63,991 nt of DNA, filler included, from Acetivibrio sp. (GCF_035371925.1; 14 parts of 14 records of this genome joined end to end with filler, not necessarily neighbours in it); one strand, 5' to 3'. Counted from the first letter of the whole stretch, positions 29,267 through 39,881 are shown. Program-made: numbers and translations. Notes: generated by a model from the sequence alone, not told the origin.

Positions 29267-30979
29267 TTATAGACTCGGAATTGTACGTACCAAATATCTC
29301 TTTAAGATTGTAGCGTCTGTGGAATCAACTTTTCCGTCATTATTAAGATCCGCAGCTCTCAAGTCATTAATAGGAAGCTCGCGAACAACTTTTAATAAAT
29401 ATCTTTTAAATAATGAATAATCTGTTGAATTAACATTTCCATCGCCGTTTATGTCTCCCTTGATAAACGAACCACTTGGGGTAGGAGTAACCACAGGGGA
29501 AGTTGGATTAGAAGTTACTTGCGGCACTCCATCCGGATAGTATTTTACATATTCATACTCTGCTGTTAATGGAGTTCTTCCGTCATATGGCCCCAACCAT
29601 CCGTCCACACCTGTTCCAGGCCATAAATTCATCATAATTTTACCTGGAGTAACCGGTATATTTCTGGTTCCGCGATAGACTTTTTTACCGTCAACATAAA
29701 AGTCTATATAGCCCGGTCTCCACTCAAAACCATATGTATGAAAATCCTGAGAAGCGTCAAATCCTAGATTATAATAATATTCGTTTCCGCCAACCCCGTC
29801 CTTGTACCAGTTGAATTGAACTTGAGTTGTGTTTTTACCTAAAATCTCGATATCGATTTCGTCCCATGGATTGTTGTCTGAAGGTCCTGTATATGTGAAG
29901 AATGATGAAACAATACCTGTATTCTTTGCAGCTTTCATTCTTACTTCATAATAACCGTATCCGAAAAATGCTTTTGTGCGATATTCACCACTTTTATACG
30001 GATATGAACCGCCATATTCCCTGTCAAGGGTTAGAACCATCTTGCCATTGGCAAATGTCACCTGAGAAGGCTTCCAAACACAGTTGAACACGGAGCCGTT
30101 TGCCCAATCTGCCTTCTCCCATTGACTGGAGTCAAAATTTGAGAACACTGCAGAAAAGTTTGACTTATTATGAGTAACCGCAGGGGTGGAAGTAACCGCT
30201 GGAGTAGAAGTAACCACAGGAGTAGAAGTTGTTTGCGGTACACCGTCAGGATAGTATTTTACATATTCATACTCTGCATTTAAAGGAGTTCTTCCGTCAT
30301 ATGGACCCAACCATCCGTCCACACCTGTTCCAGGCCACAAATTCATCATAATTTTACCTGGAGTAACCGGTATATTTCTGGTTCCGCGATAGACTTTTTT
30401 ACCGTCAACATAAAAGTCTATATAGCCCGGTCTCCACTCAAAACCATATGTATGAAAATCCTGAGAAGCGTCAAATCCTAGATTATAATAATATTCGTTT
30501 CCGCCAACCCCGTCCTTGTACCAGTTGAATTGAACTTGAGTTGTGTTTTTACCTAAAATCTCGATATCGATTTCGTCCCATGGATTGTTGTCTGAAGGTC
30601 CTGTATATGTGAAGAATGACGAAACAATACCTGTGTTCTTTGCAGCTTTCATTCTTACTTCATAATAGCCGTATCCGAAAAATGACTTTGTGCGGTATTC
30701 GCCGCTCTTATACGGATATGAACCGCCATATTCCTTGTCAAGAGTCAAAACCATCTTCCCATTGGAAAACGACACTTGAGAAGGTTTCCAAACGCAGTTG
30801 AACACCGAACCGTTTGCCCAATTCGCCATCTCCCATTGACTGGAGTCAAAATTTGAGAACACTGCAGAAAAAGGTGTAGTTACTACATTTGCAGCTTCCA
30901 CTTTTGGCAAAGGAGAAGCAAACAGCGGTAAAATCAGCAGCAACAAAGCAGCTAATAGTGAAATTACCCTCTTTTTCAT
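29267..30979 (-). CDS. licB: Cellulosomal LicB-type lichenase with two tandem GH16 domains and a type I dockerin
   Basis: GGAGG RBS with ATG at 30979, signal peptide, two WDEIDIE catalytic motifs, Thr/Pro linkers, dockerin KGDINGDGNVNSTD / ADLNNDGKVDSTD. Confidence 0.9.
   Translation of the reverse strand: MKKRVISLLAALLLLILPLFASPLPKVEAANVVTTPFSAVFSNFDSSQWEMANWANGSVFNCVWKPSQVSFSNGKMVLTLDKEYGGSYPYKSGEYRTKSFFGYGYYEVRMKAAKNTGIVSSFFTYTGPSDNNPWDEIDIEILGKNTTQVQFNWYKDGVGGNEYYYNLGFDASQDFHTYGFEWRPGYIDFYVDGKKVYRGTRNIPVTPGKIMMNLWPGTGVDGWLGPYDGRTPLNAEYEYVKYYPDGVPQTTSTPVVTSTPAVTSTPAVTHNKSNFSAVFSNFDSSQWEKADWANGSVFNCVWKPSQVTFANGKMVLTLDREYGGSYPYKSGEYRTKAFFGYGYYEVRMKAAKNTGIVSSFFTYTGPSDNNPWDEIDIEILGKNTTQVQFNWYKDGVGGNEYYYNLGFDASQDFHTYGFEWRPGYIDFYVDGKKVYRGTRNIPVTPGKIMMNLWPGTGVDGWLGPYDGRTPLTAEYEYVKYYPDGVPQVTSNPTSPVVTPTPSGSFIKGDINGDGNVNSTDYSLFKRYLLKVVRELPINDLRAADLNNDGKVDSTDATILKRYLVRTIPSL
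29521..30871. repeat. Intragenic tandem duplication, 714-bp period
   Basis: Copies at about 30235-30871 and 29521-30157; about 290-bp central block identical by eye, substitutions towards the edges. Confidence 0.95.
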
Positions 30980-31380
30980 AAGATACCTCCCGAAAAATAA
31001 AATAATAATATGATTGTCCCACAAAAAGCTAGAAAATATAAACAAATAGAGCAAAATATNNNNNNNNNNNNNNNNNNNNNNNNNNNNNNNNNNNNNNNNN
31101 NNNTTAATTAATTAANNNNNNNNNNNNNNNNNNNNNNNNNNNNNNNNNNNNNNNNNNNNTACCAAGAATTATATTGAACGAAGCTATTTAATGTGATATA
31201 ATAAAAAATAAAATTATATAAATTTCTATTGTTCAACATGACATTTCTTACATTTATTTGATTTTCTTAGAAACTTTTCGTTTTATACTGCTTGCGAATA
31301 ATTTGATTTTAGAATTATTTGTATGAGTGTTTATATGTTATTTCATTGTTTTTTAGTATTCCAAAAAGGAGGAAAAACGT

Positions 31381-32715
31381 ATGAAAAACATGAAGTTGAG
31401 TTTGTTGTTTTTCGCGATTTTGCTAACTTTTACGTTTATTACCGGTTGTGCAAAAAAGCCTGCCAGTGCAGAAGAAAATCCAAAGCCGTCGGTGAATTAC
31501 ATTCCGGATCAAAGATTTGATTTGAACGGGTATACCGTTAAGATTGCTCAATGGTGGGATGCAAGTCCGAAGGATGATGCAACTATATCACGCTACAAGC
31601 TAGTGGAAGAGAAATATAATTGCAAAATTGAGCATATAACCATTACATGGGATCAGATTGTAAGCAAATTTACTTCATCGGTATTATCGGGAGAACCGAT
31701 AGCAGACATTGTTTTGTTTGAAATGACCAGGGCTCTTCCGGTGCTTGCCGAATCGGATCTTATAATTCCGGTGGACGACTATTTTAACTTTGATGATTCG
31801 AAATGGCCTCCTATAATCAAGCAAGTAGGAAAATATAAAGGAAAGCAATATGGATTTGCGAACTTTTCCTGGAATTTGTCAGGTATTTTTTACAATAAAG
31901 CATTGTTTGAAAGACTGGGATTGCCTGACCCATATGAGCTTCAGGAGAGCGGAGATTGGACATGGGAAAAATTTGTACAAATAGCACAGGAAGCAACAAG
32001 AGATGAGGATGGGGACGGAGAAAATGACGTGTGGGGATTGGCAATTCAAGCCCATAATTTATATTCTCCTCTTGTTTTATCAAATAATGCCAACATAATA
32101 AATTTTGATGAGAACGGTAAAGCAATTTTTGCTCTTGATGATCCGAATGCCATTGAAGCCCTCCAGTTTTTTGGAGACTTGTATAACAAGTATAAGGTTG
32201 TGTCACCTGCTATTGATTCCACTGACTGGTATGAGGCTCCCAGAAAATTTGCCAGCGGCAATATTGCCATGTTTTTCGGACAAGGCTGGGACGGACAGGA
32301 TTTCAAAAAAACGTTGAAGGATAATTTTGGTTTTGTATTTTTCCCGAAAGGACCTAAAGCATCCGACTACATAGTTCCTGTTATGCAGGAATCCAAGATA
32401 TATGTAATGCCCAAACATGCAAAGCATCCTAAAGAGGTAGCTAAAATTTTTGAAGAAGTATTTATATTTTACAACGACATGGCAGGTTTCAAGTACTGGA
32501 CCGATACTTTTTTGGACACCTATAAAGAGCGAGATACCGCCAGAAAGATGCTTGACAAGGGAAAGGTCTCAATGCATCAGGGGTATCCTACCTTTGACAG
32601 TATGCTTTTTAATAAGATAGCTGATCAAATTATAGATAAAAATGTTCCGGCAGAAACCTTTATAATAAACATTAAAGATGAAGCACAAAAAGCTCTTGAT
32701 TCTGAGTTTGAATGA
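31381..32715 (+). CDS. Extracellular sugar-binding lipoprotein (SBP family 1)
   Basis: Lipobox ITGC, IFYNKALFERLGLPDP, WTWEKF, DEDGDGEND loop, FGFVFFPKGP. Confidence 0.88.
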   Translation: MKNMKLSLLFFAILLTFTFITGCAKKPASAEENPKPSVNYIPDQRFDLNGYTVKIAQWWDASPKDDATISRYKLVEEKYNCKIEHITITWDQIVSKFTSSVLSGEPIADIVLFEMTRALPVLAESDLIIPVDDYFNFDDSKWPPIIKQVGKYKGKQYGFANFSWNLSGIFYNKALFERLGLPDPYELQESGDWTWEKFVQIAQEATRDEDGDGENDVWGLAIQAHNLYSPLVLSNNANIINFDENGKAIFALDDPNAIEALQFFGDLYNKYKVVSPAIDSTDWYEAPRKFASGNIAMFFGQGWDGQDFKKTLKDNFGFVFFPKGPKASDYIVPVMQESKIYVMPKHAKHPKEVAKIFEEVFIFYNDMAGFKYWTDTFLDTYKERDTARKMLDKGKVSMHQGYPTFDSMLFNKIADQIIDKNVPAETFIINIKDEAQKALDSEFE

Positions 32716-32772
32716 TAAATTAGATTCATTAAAGCAAGTACTTCCAGCTCAATCAGGTAGGAGGCTATTTTC

Positions 32773-34968
32773 ATGAAATCCACTAATTCGACAGACTGGT
32801 TTTATGCAATTACGAAATTTTGCAAAAAAACAATAAAAAGTGTGGTGAAAAAATTCAAGAAATCATATTTTTATTGTGTCAAGTTTGATAAAATACTTGA
32901 TTTCTTTAGTGTACCTTTAAGAAGTATCAGGATACGGACAAGGCTTTTTATTTCTTTTACTTCCATTGCCCTGATACTTTTACTTGTTACCGGTTATCTG
33001 TCCTATAGCAAATCCAGCAAGGCTATGAGAACGAAAATCAGCACTTATTCAATACAGGTAACAAATCAGCTGGGCGGTATAGTGGATAGAGAAATGGACA
33101 AATATGGGGATTTTCTGAATGATTTTTCTTCAGAGAGAACGCATTTTCAGGATGTTTTGGTTAAAATTACAGATCCCGGCACGGATATGTTTTCCAGAAA
33201 GGTACTGATAGAAGATGTTCAAAACTATATGTCCCAGATGGTAGCGACTTTGGGCAATAAAATTGAGTTGATGAAAGTTGTGGTAAATAGTGAAATTGAG
33301 GCGGTGTATGGCAATATCAATATAATTGCAGCCAAAGATATGGATAAGATTATTGAAGATATTGAGAGCTCGCAGGAAATTAACAATTTCGGATTTTATG
33401 TTCCGGGAAACGTCCAGGGAGAAAAGAAGTGCTATCCGATGATTACCAAAAAAATCATATCGGTTAGAACAGGAAAAAAGCTGGGATATATTATTTTTGT
33501 TTTGAAGGATGACTTTTTGACAAAAGAGTACCAAGATGTGGATTTGGGAGAAGAAACCGGTATTTTTATAATGAATGAAGAAGGCGTTGTGGTATCAAGC
33601 AATAATAAAGGAATACCTATAGGTGATAGATTTCAGGATGAGGAATTCATTAATAATTTGGCAATAAGCAAAGATAAAGGAATATATTCTTTCCCGGCAA
33701 CCGTAAACAGCAAACATTGCCTGATTACGTTCACTTACCTGAATGAGTATGGATTGTATCTGGTCAGCAATATTCCTTACTCATACCTCAACAGGGAATC
33801 CAACAACCTGTTGATGACGATAATTATTGTGTTTGCAATCTGTTTTTTAATTACTGTTTTTCTATCCCTTATAATAACCCGAAGTATTTCTTCACCTTTG
33901 CAAAAGCTTGTGGAGTTAATGAAGATAAACAGTGACGGATGTCTTACTGTTGATGAGACCGACAGCAACAAAGATGAGATTAGTGTTGTAATAAAAAACT
34001 TTAACGATATGATTGAAAACATAAGAAAAATAGTATTAAAAGGCAATGAATCGTCAGAGCGTGTTCTGGAAAGTTCGCAAAAAATAAGGCTGTCGGCAAA
34101 TAAGTCGATGGGTCTTACATCGGATATTGCTTCCACTATGGATGTGATAGCCCGGGGCTCGGCAAAACAAGCGGAGGATATTTCCGATGCGGTTAATTGG
34201 ATGGATAAGCTGTATGAGGGAGTAAAGGAAGTTGAATCCAAAACCATTTTTGTATCCGATATTGCAAATAACACTCACATATTGAGCGAAACTGCCCTTG
34301 GTGTTGTTGAAGAATTGAAAAATAAATCAATGGAAAGTAAAGAGGTGACAAACAAGATAATTTATGACATCACATCGCTAAATAACGATATGAAGGAAAT
34401 AAAGAAGATTATAAAGATGATTTTGGATATATCGGGTCAAACAAAATTGCTTGCATTAAATGCAACTATTGAGGCAGCCAGAGCAGGTGAGGCGGGAAAG
34501 GGATTTGCCGTGGTGGCTTCCGAAGTAAAAAAGCTTGCAAATCGTACAAAGGATGCATCAAATGTTATAAACAACTTATTGAACACCATACAGCAAAAAA
34601 CCGAGTCCACAGTGGATTATGCCAACAGCACCAGTCATATAATAAGCCAGCAGTTGGAATCGGTAATTCAGACGGATAATGCGTTTAAGACCATACGTGG
34701 AGGAATGGCGGATATTTCCGAGCAAATTAACAATGTGCATAATTCGGTAAAAGAAATAGTGTCGCTAAATGAGATGGTAAAAAATGCATTGGGCAATATC
34801 GCTGTTTTATCGGAGACGGCGGCTGCAACATCACAGAATGTGTCTTCAAATTCTCATGAACAACTGATGGGAGCCGAAGAACTGTCGGAGTATGCGGAGC
34901 AGCTGAACAAAATGGCGCAAGAGCTTAATGAAACAATGTCCATATTTAAAATCGGTGCAAAGCAGTAA
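32773..34968 (+). CDS. Methyl-accepting chemotaxis protein (TM-dCache-TM-HAMP-MA)
   Basis: [34 protein letters not shown] hairpin; [12 protein letters not shown]...DEI. Confidence 0.95.
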   Translation: MKSTNSTDWFYAITKFCKKTIKSVVKKFKKSYFYCVKFDKILDFFSVPLRSIRIRTRLFISFTSIALILLLVTGYLSYSKSSKAMRTKISTYSIQVTNQLGGIVDREMDKYGDFLNDFSSERTHFQDVLVKITDPGTDMFSRKVLIEDVQNYMSQMVATLGNKIELMKVVVNSEIEAVYGNINIIAAKDMDKIIEDIESSQEINNFGFYVPGNVQGEKKCYPMITKKIISVRTGKKLGYIIFVLKDDFLTKEYQDVDLGEETGIFIMNEEGVVVSSNNKGIPIGDRFQDEEFINNLAISKDKGIYSFPATVNSKHCLITFTYLNEYGLYLVSNIPYSYLNRESNNLLMTIIIVFAICFLITVFLSLIITRSISSPLQKLVELMKINSDGCLTVDETDSNKDEISVVIKNFNDMIENIRKIVLKGNESSERVLESSQKIRLSANKSMGLTSDIASTMDVIARGSAKQAEDISDAVNWMDKLYEGVKEVESKTIFVSDIANNTHILSETALGVVEELKNKSMESKEVTNKIIYDITSLNNDMKEIKKIIKMILDISGQTKLLALNATIEAARAGEAGKGFAVVASEVKKLANRTKDASNVINNLLNTIQQKTESTVDYANSTSHIISQQLESVIQTDNAFKTIRGGMADISEQINNVHNSVKEIVSLNEMVKNALGNIAVLSETAAATSQNVSSNSHEQLMGAEELSEYAEQLNKMAQELNETMSIFKIGAKQ

Positions 34969-35190
34969 TATTACGTTTATAAATTAAAGTTTAGAAATTA
35001 TTAATAAATTATTCATAAGTTTTTAATAACTATCGGGTAATATTAAAATAACCAGTGAAAAACCTTTTATTATAGATTTAATCTTCTATACTGTGGAGCC
35101 ATAAGCAGGCTCCCTTTTGTTTTCTTATAAAAAACCATGCCCTTATGAGACGTCTTTATTCTTTGATCGGACGAATATCTTTATTGATTC

Positions 35191-35230
35191 TACAATAAAA
35201 GCTCGGGACATCAATTCCCTTCGCTTTTGC
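35191..35230 (-). repeat. Dispersed about 40-bp motif, copy downstream of tRNA-Leu
   Basis: GCAAAAGCGAAGGGAATTGATGTCCCGAGCTTTTATTGTA; 35 of 41 aligned positions match 63384-63424. Confidence 0.7.
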
Positions 35231-35259
35231 CTCTTTCATTTCATTCCAAGAGGCCAAAT

Positions 35260-35288
35260 AAAAGGAGTAGCCAATGGCTACTCCTTTT
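35260..35288 (-). terminator. Terminator after tRNA-Leu
   Basis: AAAAGGAGTAGCC-AAT-GGCTACTCCTTTT. Confidence 0.85.
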
Positions 35289-35299
35289 CGAAGCTTTAT

Positions 35300-35386
35300 T
35301 GGTGCGAGGAAAGGGATTTGAACCCTCACAACCTTGCGGCCACTAGAACCTGAATCTAGCGCGTCTGCCAGTTCCGCCATCCTCGC
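35300..35386 (-). tRNA. tRNA-Leu(CAG)
   Basis: GCGAGGATGGCGGAACTGGCAGACGCGCTAGATTCAGGTTCTAG...GGTTCAAATCCCTTTCCTCGCACCA; long variable arm, encoded CCA. Confidence 0.97.
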
Positions 35387-35405
35387 ATTAATAAGTGCAA
35401 TAAAT

Positions 35406-35434
35406 ATTTTACATTAAAAACTGTAATAATGCAA
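35406..35434 (-). promoter_or_regulatory. SigA promoter of tRNA-Leu
   Basis: TTGCAT-17-TAAAAT on the minus strand. Confidence 0.6.
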
Positions 35435-35703
35435 GAAGAAAATTTTATATTTTTTATAAAATTAAAAAAAGTCTAGGCATAAGGTAAAAAATATGATAAT
35501 ATTGTAACTACGAATGTAGTAAATTGTTCCAATGAGATAATAGAAAATTACTGTACTTTCTCAACTCAAAACATAAAGATTTAAGATTGCTGTACCCGGT
35601 TTTTTGTGAGCTTTGATGTTATTTATGCAATTTATGATAAGAATCCGAAGGATTGATTACATTGATTACAATGGGGAGGGCATTTTAATGAGAAGTTTGA
35701 GTC

Positions 35704-35756
35704 GGTAAGTTGTAAAATTAATTGCCCAAACATGATAAAAAAGAAGTGACTCAAAT
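35704..35756 (+). mobile_element. IS terminus, copy 1 (IS256/ISLre2-like end)
   Basis: GGTAAGTTGTAAAATTAATTGCCCAAACATGATAAAAAAGAAGTGACTCAAA is identical at two contig ends with different flanks. Confidence 0.7.
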
Positions 35757-35899
35757 NNNNNNNNNNNNNNNNNNNNNNNNNNNNNNNNNNNNNNNNNNNN
35801 TTAATTAATTAANNNNNNNNNNNNNNNNNNNNNNNNNNNNNNNNNNNNNNNNNNNNATAATATAAAACATTATAAAATAATACTATTTTTTTGCAATTC

Positions 35900-37171
35900 T
35901 CATTCACAAGTGGATATATCGGCTCCACATTGGGATAAAAAGCTTATAAATTCCGGAAAAGTAACATTAACTGCCTCAGCCGTGTCAATAATGGTCTCTC
36001 CCTCCGCATTCAAGCCTGCTATAGCCAAGGACATGACTATACGGTGGTCTCCGTATCCTTCCAGTTTACATCCTTTTAGTTTGCTTTCTCTAATAACAAG
36101 TCCGTCTTCGAGCTCCATTACATCCGCGCCCATCTTTCTTAGCTGCTCACACATTACATGAATCCTGTCAGTTTCCTTAATTCGTGCCTGGGGTACATTT
36201 ACAAGCCTTGTCTCGCCTTTTGCGAAACATCCCGCAACAGCCATGGCCGGCAGTGCATCGGGTATTGCATTCATATCTATTTCTCTTCCTACAAGCTCAC
36301 AGCCTTTAATTCTGACGCTCTTTCCCTCAACTTTTACCTTGGCCCCCATATCTTCCAATATTGCAAATACCGTCTTGTCTCCCTGGGGGTCCGTCATATC
36401 CAAATTGTCCAACACAAACTCCTCTCCCGATATGGCAGCCTGAACGGCAAAAAAGGTTGCCGAGGAAAAATCACCGGGTATTGTAACGTTTAAGGGCTTA
36501 TATTCCTGCCCTCCCCTTATATAAAAGGTCTTGTAACCGTGATTTTCATACTTTATTCCCAGTTTATCAAGCCACCACAAAGTTATATCCACATAAGGAA
36601 CCTCATTAAGTCTTGTAACGATTACTTCGGTATCCAAAGGAAGAAGAGGTGAATTAATCAATATTGACGAGAGATATTGGGATGTAACAGAATCAAGCTC
36701 CGTTTTTCCGCCTTTAAGTTTTCCTTTTACCACTACAGGTGCTTTGCCGTTGTTTCTGGTAGAATAGGCCTCGGCACCCAGGTTGTTTATGGCACAAAGC
36801 AAGGGCCCCAAAGGTCTTTGCCTTATTTGCCAGTCTCCGGTAAAAACCGAACAACCATCGCCCAAGGCAGCTGTCATTACTCCGAAGCGAAGTGTGGTAC
36901 CCGAATTGCCAACATTTATAACATCCTCAGGAATGACAGGTTCTTTTCCAAACCCTTCTACGATATATTTATCGTCCTGTTTTTCAATTTTAGCCCCTAA
37001 TGCCTTACAAACCGCTACAGCAGATAATGCATCATCCGATATCAATGGGCTTCGGATTTCGGATTTTCCCCCGGCAAGGCTTGCAAAAAACAGAGCCCTT
37101 ATAGTATGGGACTTCGAACCCGGAATCCGTATATTACCTTTGACTTTTGATTTCCTAACCTTTAACAGCAT
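35900..37171 (-). CDS. aroA: 3-phosphoshikimate 1-carboxyvinyltransferase (EPSP synthase)
   Basis: PGSKSHTIR, NVGNSGTTLR, SQYLSSIL, ARIKETDRI, DHRIVMS; start moved to 37171. Confidence 0.95.
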   Translation of the reverse strand: MLLKVRKSKVKGNIRIPGSKSHTIRALFFASLAGGKSEIRSPLISDDALSAVAVCKALGAKIEKQDDKYIVEGFGKEPVIPEDVINVGNSGTTLRFGVMTAALGDGCSVFTGDWQIRQRPLGPLLCAINNLGAEAYSTRNNGKAPVVVKGKLKGGKTELDSVTSQYLSSILINSPLLPLDTEVIVTRLNEVPYVDITLWWLDKLGIKYENHGYKTFYIRGGQEYKPLNVTIPGDFSSATFFAVQAAISGEEFVLDNLDMTDPQGDKTVFAILEDMGAKVKVEGKSVRIKGCELVGREIDMNAIPDALPAMAVAGCFAKGETRLVNVPQARIKETDRIHVMCEQLRKMGADVMELEDGLVIRESKLKGCKLEGYGDHRIVMSLAIAGLNAEGETIIDTAEAVNVTFPEFISFLSQCGADISTCE

Positions 37172-37400
37172 ATTATTTATCCTTTCTACCGTACTGCGGG
37201 ATTTTAAAAACATTGTATTATAATTATATTTTAATATAAAATAAGAATATAATAAAGAACCATAATGAACATCATTGAAAAAGTTTGTCTAAAAAGCAAA
37301 AAATTCACCAAAACAATAGATTGAACTATCTGTTATTTGTAGAAAAATTGTGTTAAAATTAATTTATAAATCAGATAAATGAAAGCAAGGGTATAAAATA

Positions 37401-38327
37401 ATGGATGGTACAGTATTGCTTATTGATTATTCCGAATACGAAAGAGAAAAAACCAAAATAATTTTTGACAATATCGGGGAATATAACTTTATCGAGGCCG
37501 ACAGTCTAAAAAAATTTTACACCATTTTCGAAGACCTCGGTTCTATAACCCTGATAATTATGGATATAGCTTTTCCTGTAGAAAAAGAAGGCCTTGAAGT
37601 GCTGTCGGCAATCAGAAACAATTCCAAGACCGCCAACACTCCTATTATTATTGCTACCAAATCGGACAATGCAGGCTATCGCCATGCAGCTCTCAAGTTC
37701 AAAGCAAGTGACTATATTTTAAAGCCGTACTCGACCAAGCGCCTTGAAAATTCCGTAAGAAGTGTGCTAAAAATAGGGCAGCGCTTCAGGTATGAATTTG
37801 ACAGTGCGCATGTTATTTCTATGTCGATAGAGGACTACATATCCAAAGAGTTTAAAGTAGCCTCAAGGGCAGGTCAGAGCCTGTCCGTAATCCTTATGTC
37901 CCCGGTCAACTTAAAAAAAGAATCGTCGGAACAGTCCAAAGAGATGTCCGGGGAGCTTCAAGATCAAATCCAGAATATAGCAATCGAAAAGGTAAAGCAT
38001 TCTTTGCGGTCCACAGATACCGCTATTCTTAATGCAAACAGGGACATCCTTGTCATACTGCCTTTTACCAACGCTCCCGGTGCTCAAAAGGTCCTTGAGA
38101 AAATCCAAATCAATGTAAGAAACGGACTTAAAAGCCTGAATATAAATTATGACGACTACTACTATGCGGTTTTCGTGACCTTCCCCCATGACGGCAAAAC
38201 CTTTCAAAGCCTTATGGAAAAGGCCGTTAAAAAGGTGGAGGACAAGGTTATGCTTGAGAAAATAACCTCTATCGGAGTAAATATTCTCGACAATGCCAGA
38301 AAATCGTATAAAAAATTCAACAAGTAA
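37401..38327 (+). CDS. Response regulator receiver fused to a degenerate GGDEF-like domain
   Basis: REC with MDIAF phospho-Asp and LKP. C-terminal fold-like pattern has RSTD but NANRDI in place of GG(D/E)EF. Confidence 0.7.
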   Translation: MDGTVLLIDYSEYEREKTKIIFDNIGEYNFIEADSLKKFYTIFEDLGSITLIIMDIAFPVEKEGLEVLSAIRNNSKTANTPIIIATKSDNAGYRHAALKFKASDYILKPYSTKRLENSVRSVLKIGQRFRYEFDSAHVISMSIEDYISKEFKVASRAGQSLSVILMSPVNLKKESSEQSKEMSGELQDQIQNIAIEKVKHSLRSTDTAILNANRDILVILPFTNAPGAQKVLEKIQINVRNGLKSLNINYDDYYYAVFVTFPHDGKTFQSLMEKAVKKVEDKVMLEKITSIGVNILDNARKSYKKFNK

Positions 38328-38445
38328 GTATGCATTCATTCCTTTTCTATTGGCAATCCTAAATTTTGATTGTGTAATATTTTATGCGTTTTATTTCATA
38401 AATCGACTTTATATTTTATGAATTTATATTTTTGACGGAGGAGAT

Positions 38446-39582
38446 ATGAAAGAAGTTGAGCTTATAGCAACAGCAGCAGCCGGTGTGGAATCTGCAGTAA
38501 AGCACGAGGTAATAAAGCTTGGTTTTAATGATGTAACCGTCGAAAACGGTAAAATAATGTTTAAAGGTGATATATCAAGTATTCCCCGGGCAAATCTCTG
38601 GCTCAGATGTGCCGACAGGGTACTTCTTAAAATAGGTGAATTTGAAGCTTTGACCTTTGAAGAGCTTTTCGACAAAACTTATGCCCTTCCTTGGGAGAAA
38701 TGGATAACACAGGACGGCAAATTCACCGTATTGGGTAAATCCGTAAAGTCAAAGCTTTTTAGCATATCCGATTGCCAGGCAATTGTAAAAAAAGCCGTGG
38801 TGGAAAAGCTTAAGTCCAAATACCACGTAGAATGGTTTGAAGAAAGCGGTCCCGAATACACCATACAAGTATCCCTTCTCAAGGATGTCGCAACTTTAAC
38901 CATTGATACAAGCGGTACAGCGTTGCACAAGAGAGGATACAGAGAAAAAAACGTTGAAGCTCCTATAAAAGAAACCCTTGCTTCTGCAATGATAATGATT
39001 AGCTATTGGAATAAAACCAGGCCGTTATTGGACTGTTTTTGCGGTTCCGGTACAATTCCCATTGAAGCCGCGCTTATTGGACGAAATATAGCTCCCGGGC
39101 TCAACAGAACCTTTGCCTCTGAGGAATGGCCCGCCATAGGCAAGGATATCTGGAAAGAGGAAAGAGTTGCAGCTCTCAAAGCAATTGATCAGGACGTGAA
39201 ACTTAAAATCTATGCTTCTGATATCAATCCTGACGCTGTTGAGCTGGCAAAGGAAAATGCCTATTTGGCCGGTGTTGATGATTGTATTGAATTTTTCGTC
39301 AGTGATTTCAGGGACATTCGAATAAAAGAGGATTACGGTGTAATAATATGCAACCCTCCTTACGGTGAAAGAATAAGCGAACAACAAGAAGTGGAAATAA
39401 TAAACAGGGATATGGGAAAAGCATTCTCCGAATATAACACATGGTCAAAATACATAATTACCCCATCGGAGAATTTCGAACGGCTTTACGGTAAAAAGGC
39501 CGATAAAAAACGCAAATTCTATAATGGAAATATAAAAGTGGATTATTATCAATATTTCGGACCAAAACCCGGCTCTATTTAG
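38446..39582 (+). CDS. THUMP-domain SAM-dependent rRNA methyltransferase (RlmL/YpsC-like)
   Basis: LHKRGYR, APIKETLA, DCFCGSGTIPIEAA, CNPPYGER. Confidence 0.92.
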   Translation: MKEVELIATAAAGVESAVKHEVIKLGFNDVTVENGKIMFKGDISSIPRANLWLRCADRVLLKIGEFEALTFEELFDKTYALPWEKWITQDGKFTVLGKSVKSKLFSISDCQAIVKKAVVEKLKSKYHVEWFEESGPEYTIQVSLLKDVATLTIDTSGTALHKRGYREKNVEAPIKETLASAMIMISYWNKTRPLLDCFCGSGTIPIEAALIGRNIAPGLNRTFASEEWPAIGKDIWKEERVAALKAIDQDVKLKIYASDINPDAVELAKENAYLAGVDDCIEFFVSDFRDIRIKEDYGVIICNPPYGERISEQQEVEIINRDMGKAFSEYNTWSKYIITPSENFERLYGKKADKKRKFYNGNIKVDYYQYFGPKPGSI

Positions 39583-39881
39583 CCGGGTGTAATATTTTCT
39601 TCTGTGTAGCATCGATCATTAACAGTAACTTCTGTAGAAATGGTAGGGTTTTGTGCTTCCTCTTTTGCAATTTGCAATAATTCCTCCAAGGATGCTCCTC
39701 CGCTTAAAACCCTTATAAATTCATCAAGGGCTTCTAAGCCTCGTTTCTCCCGGGAATATTTTTTTATTAGTCTTTTCAGCCCATTATAAAGTCGTTGTTG
39801 GTCGTTTGCATTGATTTCATCTTTCAGGATTTCTGTAAAAACTGTTCCTACGTTGCACACTTTGCTTTCAATACTTTCCAT
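39579..39881 (-). CDS. Hypothetical protein
   Basis: 100-aa ORF with GGAG RBS. Confidence 0.6.
   Translation of the reverse strand: MESIESKVCNVGTVFTEILKDEINANDQQRLYNGLKRLIKKYSREKRGLEALDEFIRVLSGGASLEELLQIAKEEAQNPTISTEVTVNDRCYTEENITPG

Noticed and set aside
35156..35380. 74-aa ORF MAELADALDSGSSG...
   Set aside because: It is a translation of tRNA-Leu and its terminator.
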